64,000 bases of DNA from Phoronis australis (taxonomy: Eukaryota; Animalia; Phoronida), in assembly GCA_002633005.1 (NCBI GenBank), contig NMRA01000004.1, positions 1,528,049 through 1,592,048 of the forward strand, written 5' to 3'. A program made the translations under genes and the position numbers. Below, piece by piece: positions 1 through 10,324 of the stretch. The first letter of the stretch is position 1, and the number at the start of each line of letters is the position of its first letter. Below the pieces are notes generated by a model that saw only the letters and a program-made list of their open reading frames with translations, made no database searches and had not been told where the DNA came from.

Positions 1-654
1 CTCGAAGAGTTTGTCCGTACATTTGATGATCTTGTTCGCATCGGGAAGGTCCGCTACCTGGGAGCAAGTAATTACTGCGGATGGCAACTTCAGAAACTTG
101 TTGCTACATGTGACAAGATGGGGCTCAATCCCTTCATCAGCTTGCAAAGCCAATACAGTCTGTTATGTCGTGAAGTCGAGTATGAAATGATTGATGTTTG
201 CCGTAACGAAGGTCTTGGCTTTTTAACGTGGAGCCCTCTGAGAAGCGGTTGGTTAAGTGGCAAGTTCCACCGTGGAATGGAAGCGCCTGCTTCAAATTCG
301 AGAATTGAACAGATGGAGACGAGGAAAACTAGTATTATGCCGTCTTTTGCGAAGCAAGGAAATGAACAGACCTGGAATTTACTTGATGTACTGGAAAAGA
401 TTGCCAAAGAATGCGGCAAGTCGGTAGCGCAAGTATCCCTCCGTTGGCTTCTGCAGAGAGATACGGTGGACTCTGTAATAATTGGCGCTCGCACGTTAGC
501 ACAGCTGGAGGATAACATGGGGGCCGGAAATGGTTGGGAGTTGTCCGACGAACAGATGAAAGTTCTGAATGACGCCTCAGATCCTGGCAAGCCGTATCCT
601 TACAACATGATACATATGATGAACGCCGGGCGTGGCGGTAAGCTGGGGCCATAA
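1..654 (+). CDS. Aldo-keto reductase (YajO/Tas/Kv-beta-like AKR), 5'-partial; C-terminal ~217 aa in one uninterrupted frame
   Basis: Frame 1 is open from base 1: LEEFVRTFDDLVRIGKVRYLGASNY...SLQSQYSLLCRE...TWSPLRSGWLSGKF...SVAQVSLRWLL...VIIGARTLAQLEDN. These match AKR motifs (GKVRxIGxSN, WSPL, AQxALxW, IxGA). Stop TAA at 652-654; AATAAA at ~897-902. Confidence 0.93.
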   Translation, partial: LEEFVRTFDDLVRIGKVRYLGASNYCGWQLQKLVATCDKMGLNPFISLQSQYSLLCREVEYEMIDVCRNEGLGFLTWSPLRSGWLSGKFHRGMEAPASNSRIEQMETRKTSIMPSFAKQGNEQTWNLLDVLEKIAKECGKSVAQVSLRWLLQRDTVDSVIIGARTLAQLEDNMGAGNGWELSDEQMKVLNDASDPGKPYPYNMIHMMNAGRGGKLGP

Positions 655-1024
655 GGAATGAACCATTGTCAGAGCATGGCGACGAGGTGATCCCGCACCT
701 GGCAAACGACTCAGATTTTGAAGAACGAAAGTATATTGCGTAGTACTGCTAGAAACTAAAAACATTAAGGAAGTGAAAAAATCGCACCAACTAATCTTCC
801 CTTGTTAATGGGCAATGCGTTTAATTTGATTTAAATACTTAATTCTTTTTTAATATACTCTTTTTGAATTGAAACCACTAATCTTGTTCCTTAGTCAATA
901 AACATTGCTCTTGTTGTCATTCGAATTGCGAGTACCCGGCCTCCGAACTGAATATTATCAATAACTTGAGAGTTATTTCAGAAAAGCATAAATCGTCCAG
1001 TGTACTTAGCTGTGTGATCGGATG

Positions 1025-1302
1025 CAGTGGTGGATCTAGGAAAGGGGGGGAGGGGCAACATGTTGCCTCGGGGAATTGGGCAAAGGAAGTCCGGCAGTTG
1101 CGAGGGCCGGGGATGTCGACCTCCTGTTTAGAAAATCTATCGGTGGACGAAAAAAAACACAATTCCGTTACCGATCATAGTTACTGAACTCAACATTTCT
1201 CACGCACGCTTGACGCTGCTGTTGCTTCATTTTCCTTGCGGCAGCTAAGGAGGGAGGGGGGCAGGCCGCTTGGGCGCCCCCTCCCCCTTAAATCCGCTTA
1301 TG
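1025..1302. mobile_element. Non-autonomous hAT-like MITE with 5-bp TSD (GGATG)
   Basis: Imperfect TIRs cagtggtggatctagg / cttaaatccgcttatg; ggatg lies immediately outside both ends; G/C-run-rich subtermini. Confidence 0.7.
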
Positions 1303-1700
1303 GGATGGTATAGATTTTCCCAACCTCAACCTTCAACTAAGTTCAGTAAAGTATCATTAATTCTTTCCAAGTAAGTTATTACATAACAGAAACAAGTCCA
1401 TACAGACATGTATTAACTGCTGTAACTAGTACACCTAGAGCTGACTGAGGCACATTCATACGTTTCACACACACGCACACACGAAACCTGTTTATATTGT
1501 ACACTAAATACTGTGCTAGAATATGGTTGTAAAGATTTGCCATTCGTTTTCAAAATAGTCTAAGCATTCATTTTTTGTGAAAATATATTTAAGCTTTTTC
1601 AGATAATGAGCCAATTCAATTTTGAAGACTACGATGGAATTTACCTAGCTGCGCAATCGGCGGTAGAAGATGTGTCCTCCCACTAAATTCAAACATAACA

Positions 1701-2711
1701 GTGAAAGCATCTTATACTCCCATACTAGCTGGCATGTTTTTAGGTCACCATGAGAAAACATGGATTGAGACATACACTGGTCCTCACATCTATTTCTATC
1801 GACGATATGTAGATGATGTGTTTTGTATATTTGAAAATCAGCAGTCAGCCCAGGAATTTTTGGTGTATTTAAACTCGAGGCATCCTAACTTGAAATTCAG
1901 TGTAGAATTAGAGGTCGATAACATTTTGCCATTTCTGGACGTGTTAGTAGAGCGTGAGGGTACCTCAGTGATAACATCAGTATTTCATAAGAAGACTTAC
2001 ACAGGACTGTACACTTGTTTTCATAGCTTCACATCCTTTGTTTATAAAGTAGGTCTCATAAAGACGCTAATAGACAGGGTATATCGCATTAACAACACTT
2101 GGGCTAGATTTGATTCTAATATCAAAGAACTTACAACGAATTTGCAAAAGAATGGCTATCCCCTAGAATTAGTCAATAGGGTACTGAAAGCAAGACTCCA
2201 ACGTAACCCTGATGATGTTCATCCTGTAGACAAAACTAACTACAAGTACTTTAAAATACCCTATGTTGGGTTTTACGCCAAAATTGCTCAACGAAAACTC
2301 AACAAATTGGTGAATGATTACTGTGTGAACTTAAGAGTTGTATTAACATTCAAGTCTCTAAAACTGTCGAGTTTATTTAACCCTAAGGACAAAATTTCTA
2401 TGGGTCTACGGTCCAAGGTTGTATACAAATTTATCTGTGCTGGATGTGGCTCCAGTTATATAGGCGAAACTGTTCGCCATTTGAAAACCAGGACCAAGGA
2501 ACATCTAAATTCTGACAGTAATTCACATGTAAATATTCACCTGCAGAGCTCCAATCATTGTTATCAGCAGTGCTCTTTCAATGACTTTGCAATAATAGAC
2601 CAGGCAGTAACAACAAAGGAGCTTAAATTTCGTGAGGCTTTACATATCAGTTGGTGCAAGCCCAATCTCAATAGGCAACTGACACACCACAGGTTGTCAT
2701 TGTTGGTATAG
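1701..2711 (+). CDS. Penelope-like element ORF (reverse transcriptase C-terminal half + GIY-YIG endonuclease), 5'-truncated
   Basis: TPILAGMFLGHHE (end of an RT motif), YRRYVDDVF catalytic motif, LPFLDVLV, VFHKKTYTGLY, then VVYKFICAGCGSSYIGET...RTKEH...REALHI...PNLN (PLE GIY-YIG). The frame is intact to the stop. Confidence 0.93.
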   Translation: MKASYTPILAGMFLGHHEKTWIETYTGPHIYFYRRYVDDVFCIFENQQSAQEFLVYLNSRHPNLKFSVELEVDNILPFLDVLVEREGTSVITSVFHKKTYTGLYTCFHSFTSFVYKVGLIKTLIDRVYRINNTWARFDSNIKELTTNLQKNGYPLELVNRVLKARLQRNPDDVHPVDKTNYKYFKIPYVGFYAKIAQRKLNKLVNDYCVNLRVVLTFKSLKLSSLFNPKDKISMGLRSKVVYKFICAGCGSSYIGETVRHLKTRTKEHLNSDSNSHVNIHLQSSNHCYQQCSFNDFAIIDQAVTTKELKFREALHISWCKPNLNRQLTHHRLSLLV

Positions 2712-2890
2712 TTCATTGTCACTCCCTGTAACTGACTTTATCTCATTTTGGTGCTTCATTACTTGTTGCTGGGCCTAGCTAGGTGGCCACTGTATTATGA
2801 CTTCTGAGGATGGTGTTTAATAAATGACACCGAAACATGTCAAGTTTTAAATCCGTTGTTGTTTTCGTGAATCTAAATTTTTGCTTACAG
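1715..2890 (+). mobile_element. Penelope-like retroelement copy (5'-truncated) including its 3' pLTR region
   Basis: RT-GIY-YIG ORF followed by ~180 bp of non-coding sequence containing a hammerhead motif, the usual PLE layout. Boundaries are approximate. Confidence 0.85.
2795..2850 (+). ncRNA. Minimal type I hammerhead ribozyme
   Basis: Helix I ttatgactt(2795-2803)/aagttttaa(2842-2850); core CTGAGGA (2804-2810); helix II ggtgt(2812-2816)/acacc(2827-2831); GAAA (2832-2835); palindromic mini helix III acatgt; cleavage triplet GTC ending at 2841. Confidence 0.85.
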
Positions 2891-3318
2891 AGTTGTCTAC
2901 GGATAATAAAAACTCCGCTATTTTTGCCAGAAAGTGTTCAGGAAAGAACAGTCAAAGAACAAATGAATAATTTCCTCTGACCTCGCATGACAGAAGCTAC
3001 ATAGATCGGAATCACTATCTCCTATTTGTAATAATGGTTTGTTTTTTTCCTATTATTCTATGGACAATTCTCATCTGTAGCCACTTTAAACGTATGTCAT
3101 TGACTGGGCTAAAGTCGAAAGCGTTGCATAAAATATCTTGCTACTCAGATTCGGACTTTTCAGTTACAAAATCAGCTTCTCATTTTGATAAAAGTTTGGC
3201 CTTTTATGTAAATTTTCAAAAAAAAGTCTCGTAAAAGCCCGAGTTCCCTTCTTATCTTGGGAATAGTAGAAAATTTGTTTGAAAATTGTTTATCTCTTTG
3301 CATTTCAGTAAGTGTATT

Positions 3319-4130
3319 TCAGTAACTGTAAACCGGAAAACCACGGCAACCAACCTCCACAGAAAAACTCCAACACTTCCAGCCGTTAACGTGGCAGTCA
3401 CTCCTAAGATCTGTATATTTCAGGTTCTTCCGCTCATGTGCCTCTTCTACCCTACTCTCCCACGGAATGGTGAACTCGATCAGGATTATCTGGTGGGAAC
3501 TGTCCGAATAAAGAACCAAGTCAGGGCACTGGGTAGTCTGGACAATGTGCTGTGGGAAGGATGACTGGTGACCGGCAAGATCAACCCACAATTTCCAGTC
3601 GTTGGTTGTGTGAAGGATGCCTTTTTGCGCTTGGTTCTTCCCCTTACTTGCCTCATCGCCACTTCTAAGGCTGACCACGCCTTCTTATCAGCTGCTAATG
3701 ACCACTTGATTCGATTCTTCTTTGCAGTATCTGGTGGACCTGCTGAACTGGCTGGAACTGGATTCTGAAATACTTCAGCTTCTACTACTAATGCTTCCAT
3801 CTGTTGCGTAGCTGGGAGGTCTTCTGCACTGTGGTTTGAGACCTGGCTCAACCCCTCTCACTGGACGTGGCGCCCAAGCGTTGCCTTGCAACCTGACGTA
3901 AGCACTTCATCTTACCTTGGTGGATCTTCAACCCTCTTACATTCTTCAGAATCTTTCCACACACACAGGTTCTTGATGTTAAATCGGTGTTCGTAATCGT
4001 AGTCCTATTCGGTCCGGTCGTTGCCGTTTGAGGTCTGTCGTTGGACTCTTCTTGCATCCTCCCTCTCGGAGAGTCCTGAGGTTGTCTTTCTGGTAACTTG
4101 GACGTAGCAATATGAATGGGTGTGCTCTCG
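3319..4130 (-). mobile_element. Internally deleted RLE-type non-LTR retrotransposon (HERO/R2-group-like): N-terminal Zn-finger region joined to restriction-like endonuclease, RT absent
   Basis: Minus-strand frames give CVCGKILKNVRGLKIHQGKMKC (N-terminal Zn finger) and NHSAEDL...RIKW, then DWKLWVDL...PDLVL...IILIEFTIPWE...ERKNLKY...GW...VEVGCRGF (PD-(D/E)xK-type RLE). The pieces are in different frames. Confidence 0.8.
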
Positions 4131-5073
4131 CGAACACTTCAGACGAAATCTATTAAACCTGGAATTTTTTTCCTACTGAATATGCTAAAAGATCAAATAT
4201 TGTACTTAGACTAGTATTTTCTCTTATGAACCGTCCAGGCAAAAAAACAGTTTGGTCAGAATGAATAGGGCCTCCCAATAACTTTTTCATTCTAACACTG
4301 CAGCTAAACAGGCACTAAGAATTTTGTAACTTACATTTAACAGTGATATTAGACGCCAGTTTTTTAGGAATTCCCCGGGTTTATAGCCCTTAGGAAGTAC
4401 TTTTACGACACCTTGCAATTGTGAGTCTGAAAGCACTCCTGTGCCAAAGCTGAGCTTGAATGTACGAAGAAGAAGAGGTCATCAGGGTTGGTGATCAATT
4501 CTTATAAGAATAAATTAAGGCATGCTAGTAGGTTTTTGTGGAACAACCGAGAGAACATGGTATTCGGGGCTTCCCACGGTGTTTGGGGTTACCCCCTCTC
4601 CTATAAGAATTTTTACAAATTTATTTGAGTAAAGGTGTGGTCTTCTTTGGCTGATTCCAGTGGAAACTATTACGATTTATGAGCTAAACTTTTAACACTG
4701 AAAATTGATGAAATCTTTGTTTATGCTGTTGAACATTTCTAGCAATAAATTAGCGCGTTTGTCGCCAGTCGATGTTTAATGTGACACAACTTATTGATTT
4801 TCGACTGGACTTGCATAGTAGGCCTAATAAGTCGCAATTGCAACAAAATTCGGGGAGCTCATGTCGAGATTTTGTCAGATTTTGACAGAATTTAAACAGA
4901 CTAATCGAAAAGAAATGGGTCACATTTAGTCCATTTTGTGTGTCGAAAATTTGTCGGAATTTCGACGTGATCCAGTTTAGTTTGAAAACTGCAGTACACG
5001 CTCAGTGCCCGGTTTACCATGAGCAAAATAATTAAGCTGCAAAAATACCGCCTTGTAGTCACGACATCCCATA

Positions 5074-7175
5074 CAGTGGTGGGTCTACGGGGGGTTCAGG
5101 GGGTTCAAACCCCCCTTGGGCCAGGACCCAAAAACAAAAAAACAAAAACGTCTCCAAAAAAAACAAAATGGCACAGCTAGCGTGTGTAAACCCCCAAGTA
5201 AACCAACTTGGAAAAAATTGAGGGGGGGGGGAGGGGTTCACTCTGAAAATATAATTTTTTGCATTGTGAATTGCTGAGTCTTCGTGGCTCATCGGCAAAA
5301 CGCGCGGGGATCAATTGTGCGCGCGCTTCCGTCGACACTTCTGAAGTAACCAAGCATTTTAGATGGATCCATCGCTGAAAGAGCAGCTCTATAGCTGATT
5401 TTTTTGGTAACTAGCTTCTTTACTCTAAGATATGTTTTGATTTGATTAGGGGAAATACTGTGGTGCCGCAACCCTGATATACAGGCCAATTGACGTGCAA
5501 CGTTTTTACCTCATCTGTCATGCCGTGTCATTCTATTACACTCCACACGTTTGTAACTGATGTAAAGTAAAGTTCTCTTGCGCAATATCATGCAGTGTAC
5601 ATGTACATGTATTATTTTTGAAAAAAATTCTTTTTCCGAAGAATTGCTATTGTATCGGGCGGCGTGGTCTGGTCGCGAGTCCGTTTGAAGATACACGTTA
5701 ACAAGTTATGTCTATACAAGGAATGACCAAGGGGGCACTCACATTGACAAAGTGACCGCATTCGCGAACAGTGTACAGTACCAGAAATTGCGGTGAGGCT
5801 GTTCTTTTACAACAAAGTCTTGGGGGACTTGCGTGGTGTTCAATAGGCCTCCTAAGGAGCCCTAGTTCCGAACTCAACACCTACCGTCTTTCTACCTGCA
5901 ATAAGCACACTGCAAATAGGTCCTGGGATACAATGTACATCGTCAAGGTTTGAAGTAGTCCATGATGAACGGATCAAATTTAGTTGCGCATGCAAGTCTT
6001 TTGAATGGACTTGGCAACCTCAAGGGTCTTAGTGCCAACTGAGCTGCTAAACGAGATGCTGACATTGTAGAGGCTTACAAGCTCATTGACACAGCAGTTG
6101 ACGAAGTGCAAGCGTTGGGAACAAACATCGAAGATATCTGGGTTGAAAGGTTCCAAGACGAGCAAACCATTGGATCCGATATACAGATTCCTCGGCAGTC
6201 TAGACAACAGAAGGATAGGACTAACCTATAAGTAACCACTGGGGATTAAAAAGTGTCTTGAGAGAAGTTTTCAATTCAAAATTTTTTTGCATAGTACACT
6301 TAGGTCTCGCGACGGACCAGGCCAGCTTGACTTGTGTAGATGTTGAGTTTCAGTGTACGTCTGGTCCCTCGGCGAACTAGTCTTGTGATTTTTTTACCAA
6401 AGTGTGCTTTGTAAAACAGCCAGTACTGTTTGGTCCCGCGACAGATCGACTGTTTTTATAGGGATAATAAGCACAGGTGTACTCTTGATCTCGTGACGGA
6501 CCAGGTCAGCCTTTTTGTGTACTCTCAGTGTAAATCTGGTCCCTCTGCAAACTAGTCTAGTATATCTTTTCACCACTGTGCACAGGATGTTTTAGTTTCG
6601 TGAAACTGTTTTCAGATGATTTGACGTTTTTCAATTGTTGTCAACGTGATTTAGCTTAATAAAGTGATACTTAATTATTTATTGTCGTTTTTAATGTTTA
6701 TTTCCGGACAAACAGTACAGGTCTTCGTTCTTAAATAACTTGAAGCTGCTGTTGCACGATCATCTGATATTCAAGTTTTTACGCCCCGTCGGTGCTCCTT
6801 TTGCTCTTGAATATTTGGAAGTTGTCTGAACCCCTCTATACGTACCACACTTTTTCGTATACGACTTTTCTTATGCTAAAAAAGGTGCCTGTGTAAGCAG
6901 ATGTTCCAACAAGAAAATTTGCTGGTGGCGTGACTCATACCCAGATGAGCACAATATGATTTCACGAAACTTATGAGCCAAGTTCATGTGACGAAATCGA
7001 GAAGGGTTTTTAATTATCTTAAGAAAAACTTCAGAGACATGTTAATTGCCAGAAACTTACCAGGATGCATAAAAATTTCACTATTTGGCTACAAAAACAA
7101 AAAATGTCCCCCTCTCGGCGCCACGCCCCTAGGATTCCTAACCCCCCCCTTACTGAAAACGTAGATCCGCCACTG
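5074..7175 (+). mobile_element. Decayed hAT-superfamily DNA transposon (~2.1 kb) with 5-bp TSD (CCATA)
   Basis: TIRs cagtggtgggtctacg (5074) / cgtagatccgccactg (ends 7175); ccata flanks both ends; internal transposase-like remnant near 5990-6170. Confidence 0.75.
5990..6170 (+). pseudogene. hAT transposase remnant (PRKRIR/ZMYM1-like)
   Basis: Broken frame LNGLGNLKGLSAN/KRDADIVEAYKLIDTAVDEVQALGTNIEDIW resembles the 'LxxLSxxLQxxxxDIxxAxxxI' segment of hAT transposases; it lies inside the TIR pair. Confidence 0.55.
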
Positions 7176-8465
7176 CCATACACTCTTTCACAGTGCTACC
7201 AAAGGTAGCAGTGGGGAATGTTGTTTATAATGGCTTCTCATTGGAAACTGACGTCATAACCTTCAGATATTCCCATTGGCTGAAATCTGTGAAACCCCTT
7301 TCAGTTTACTGTTACGTAGTATGGCCATCTTTGACTTGAATAGTTGCAATTTATTAAAACGCGCAGTGGTCGAAATAAACAAAATCAAGGGAACACCGAT
7401 CCCGTGGCTAAGCCCAAATAAAAATACAGTGCACTAAAGGAGTTTGCAAGTGGTGGCGATGTGATCGATGAACTTCCGATCAAGCATGCGCATTGATGCC
7501 TACACATGGAATTTCGTGTGTCGTTCATCACGTTCCACAGGGCCACTTTTCAGTATAGGTGGCGCTGTGTCAGAGGGTAGACATCCAATTGAACTAATTG
7601 CAATGTTTTGAATACTTGAGAAGTTATTTTTGCTTTATTGAAATCCCTCATATGTAAAAATGTGTACCCAATGATAATGGCAATTTTTTATCCCTAAAAG
7701 TGCGTGCAACAGCTCTTTCCACGTAAAGAGGATTCAGTGAATTGTTCCATGTGTGAAACGATGTATTTAACCATGATGAGTAGACGACTGAAATATTTAC
7801 GTCGATGCTTCCAACAACTTTTTGTATTTAGTTGGTTTGAATGCTTTGGCAGAAATACAGTTTCGTGAAAACTGATGTCAGTAACAAAAGTACAAGTAGG
7901 CCTACGTGGAGACTCCCGGCCGCTACGCCGACGTGACAAACACAAATTATTCTTATTATAAAGCGGAAACTTCGTAAGAACAATCTTCCATGTTTTTTAC
8001 TCTGTTACAAATCTCTTATTGACAAACCCGCGTTTACTCATTGACGAAAAATTCCTTTCTGAAGCTAATCAGTTAATGCTAACACATTCATTCATTTGCT
8101 AGATGATTGCACCGAAAAATAATGTCGACCAACTTAAAAGTCAGCGTTACTAAATGTTAAAACTGCACTTTGGGCATGATGGTGACAAACTTGGCAGGAT
8201 AACGTTCATTTTCAAGGCTAAAACTTGTGAAAAAACTGGTTTCGCAGCCCGAGGAACTAGGGTTTAAACTTCCTCTCATTCAATTGAATGGCAAGTGACA
8301 TTGTCAACTTTGACCCTCACAGTTCTCTGAAAAGAAAGCTTGCAAATGCTTGGATGTGTTAAATATGCCTACTTTACGAAACATTTTAGTCCATAGTGGC
8401 ACGCGTTGTGTTGACGGAAAACCCGCGAGAACGCAAGATCTCGCAGAACCACGCAAAATCACACG

Positions 8466-8747
8466 CATAACGTAGAATTGTCGTGAGGACTTGACAGGGA
8501 AGTCAGGGGTCTCACACTCCACTGATTCATCTACATTATTTTGAAAGCGCTTTGCCCAGTCACACATTGTGTGTCATAAAAGAGATAAGCATACCTGCAG
8601 CTGTCGCAGCAAGTAGAACTACTCTCGTTTATCACATTGGTGAAGACTCACAGTTGAACTGTGGTTTTCTGTTGACCCCGGCCAGACCGTCCGGAGTTGC
8701 ACCATACACCAACTCCGGACGGTCTCTCACGACGATTTAGCGTTATG
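8466..8747. mobile_element. MITE-like dispersed repeat, copy 1 (22-bp TIRs, internal 16-bp-stem hairpin)
   Basis: cataacgtagaattgtcgtgag ... ctcacgacgatttagcgttatg; hairpin agaccgtccggagttg/caactccggacggtct; a second copy lies at 24130-24954. Confidence 0.7.
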
Positions 8748-10200
8748 GAGTGAAGGCAAGCTTTTCACGGATATTTTTAGGAGCTTACTTTGTTGATTTG
8801 GTTTCCACGACAAAGATAGAATTCATAATTTATCATGGGTACTAGGGTAGCATTTTTACTGGTGCACTCCACCAAAAAGGGCAACCACTCATTGTTTTTT
8901 ATCCATAAGCGAATATTTTTCGTCGCAAGTGTTTCGCTACTGTCTCGAGTCTACGAAACGCCACCCTTGATAATATTAGTCTTTCTGGAGCATGCGTGGT
9001 TCAGTACCTACCAACTCTGAGTGTTATTTCTTTGCTGAACTTGTGTTTCGAAAAGGGCACATTACGATGTTCAACCATCAGTGTTTAATTTTTAATCGAG
9101 CACCTGTATGCCTGGGAATCAATATATACACGAAAACTTTTCTTGTGAAGTTAGTGTCCAATACGTTTTACTGAGTATGAGCAGTTGTGTTGGTAGGGGC
9201 CCCAGATGGTCTTGACTTACGTGCCTTTGTGAAGCTTTTAAAAACAAAAAAATGAAGAGACCTTGGCTGAAACTGATGGGGGAGGGAGCCTTTCATTACT
9301 TGATGAAATGAACTTTCTCCAAGTATGTTGCTTTGTCATAAAATTTGTAAGTTTTTTGTTTTTGTATATTTCTTATTCGTACGCTACAGATTACAGTTCT
9401 TAACAGTCAACGCGAAATTTACACACAACATGTGTTCCGCGAATGGCTTGAAGCCTATTGTTTTTTGTTGAAATCCGATGCAAGGTGGCGCTGTGGTGGC
9501 CGTTTTCCCCTTTTTTCGTTTGCGGAGCCATAGCTCCGCTGTTGCTTTTGTCCTAATCCTAGCTCGAGCTCAAAATTGACCACTTGCGTGTTACATTTCA
9601 AATAAAATAACAAATTTGTGCTCCAGTCATTCAGGGTGATATGGTGAATTTCGAGACTGACGTTTGTCGTCGGGTCCGCCAATTCGTTGGAGATTTTTTG
9701 CATAGTTGCATGAACAGTCCCAAATAGGGACTCTTCTGTGGTCCCTGAATCTAAAGCGTGCTAGTGCCGGAACTTGTGAAAACACTGAATGTCATTTGTT
9801 ATTTTTCGGGCTTCTGGTGGAGGACCCTTTCCAGAGTGCAGTTTGGTGTCATCGGGTCATTCGGTGTCAGTGCGGCACGACTGTTCGTTTTAAATCAGTT
9901 TTGGCCGGTAGCTCGAATATCTGATATAGCTCATTTTTAACCCCTCGTACCCAGGGTGCAGGTACTGGCAGGCATTAATTCTATACATACTGAGCTGCAC
10001 TTTAAGTGCTCCCGCTGTCGGTCAGATGTTGGAAGCTAGTTCACTTTCACGTGCTCTGAGTTGCCGGTCTACTGTTTGCACTGCTTTTTTCGTATGACGT
10101 CATTTTGACGTTTTGGACACAGCCAATTAAAATTAAAAAGCCAAAATTAAAAACAGTAACAATAATGAGGCCAAATTTATGTATCGCTGTAAATTACTAA

Positions 10201-10324
10201 GGACGTGGGAAATTATTACAGGTCTATAGACCAATCAAACTTGTTCTCAACTCTCCAGGCGCAACCGTGTCGGAGAAAGGAGTGCCGAGCAATCGCAACT
10301 ACTCTCCTTGGTCGGAGCACATCC
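10201..10324. mobile_element. Possible short MITE (PIF/Harbinger-like, TAA target)
   Basis: taa|ggacgtg ... cacatcc|taa; the TIRs are only 7 bp. Confidence 0.3.

Noticed and set aside
90-652. Minus-strand ORFs of 166 and 105 aa
   Set aside because: Antisense shadows of the AKR coding sequence.
10201-10324. 7SK- or Y-RNA-like ncRNA (minus strand begins GGATGTG and ends CACGTCC)
   Set aside because: Only 124 nt, no recognisable internal motifs or Pol III terminator; better explained as short TIRs with TAA flanks.
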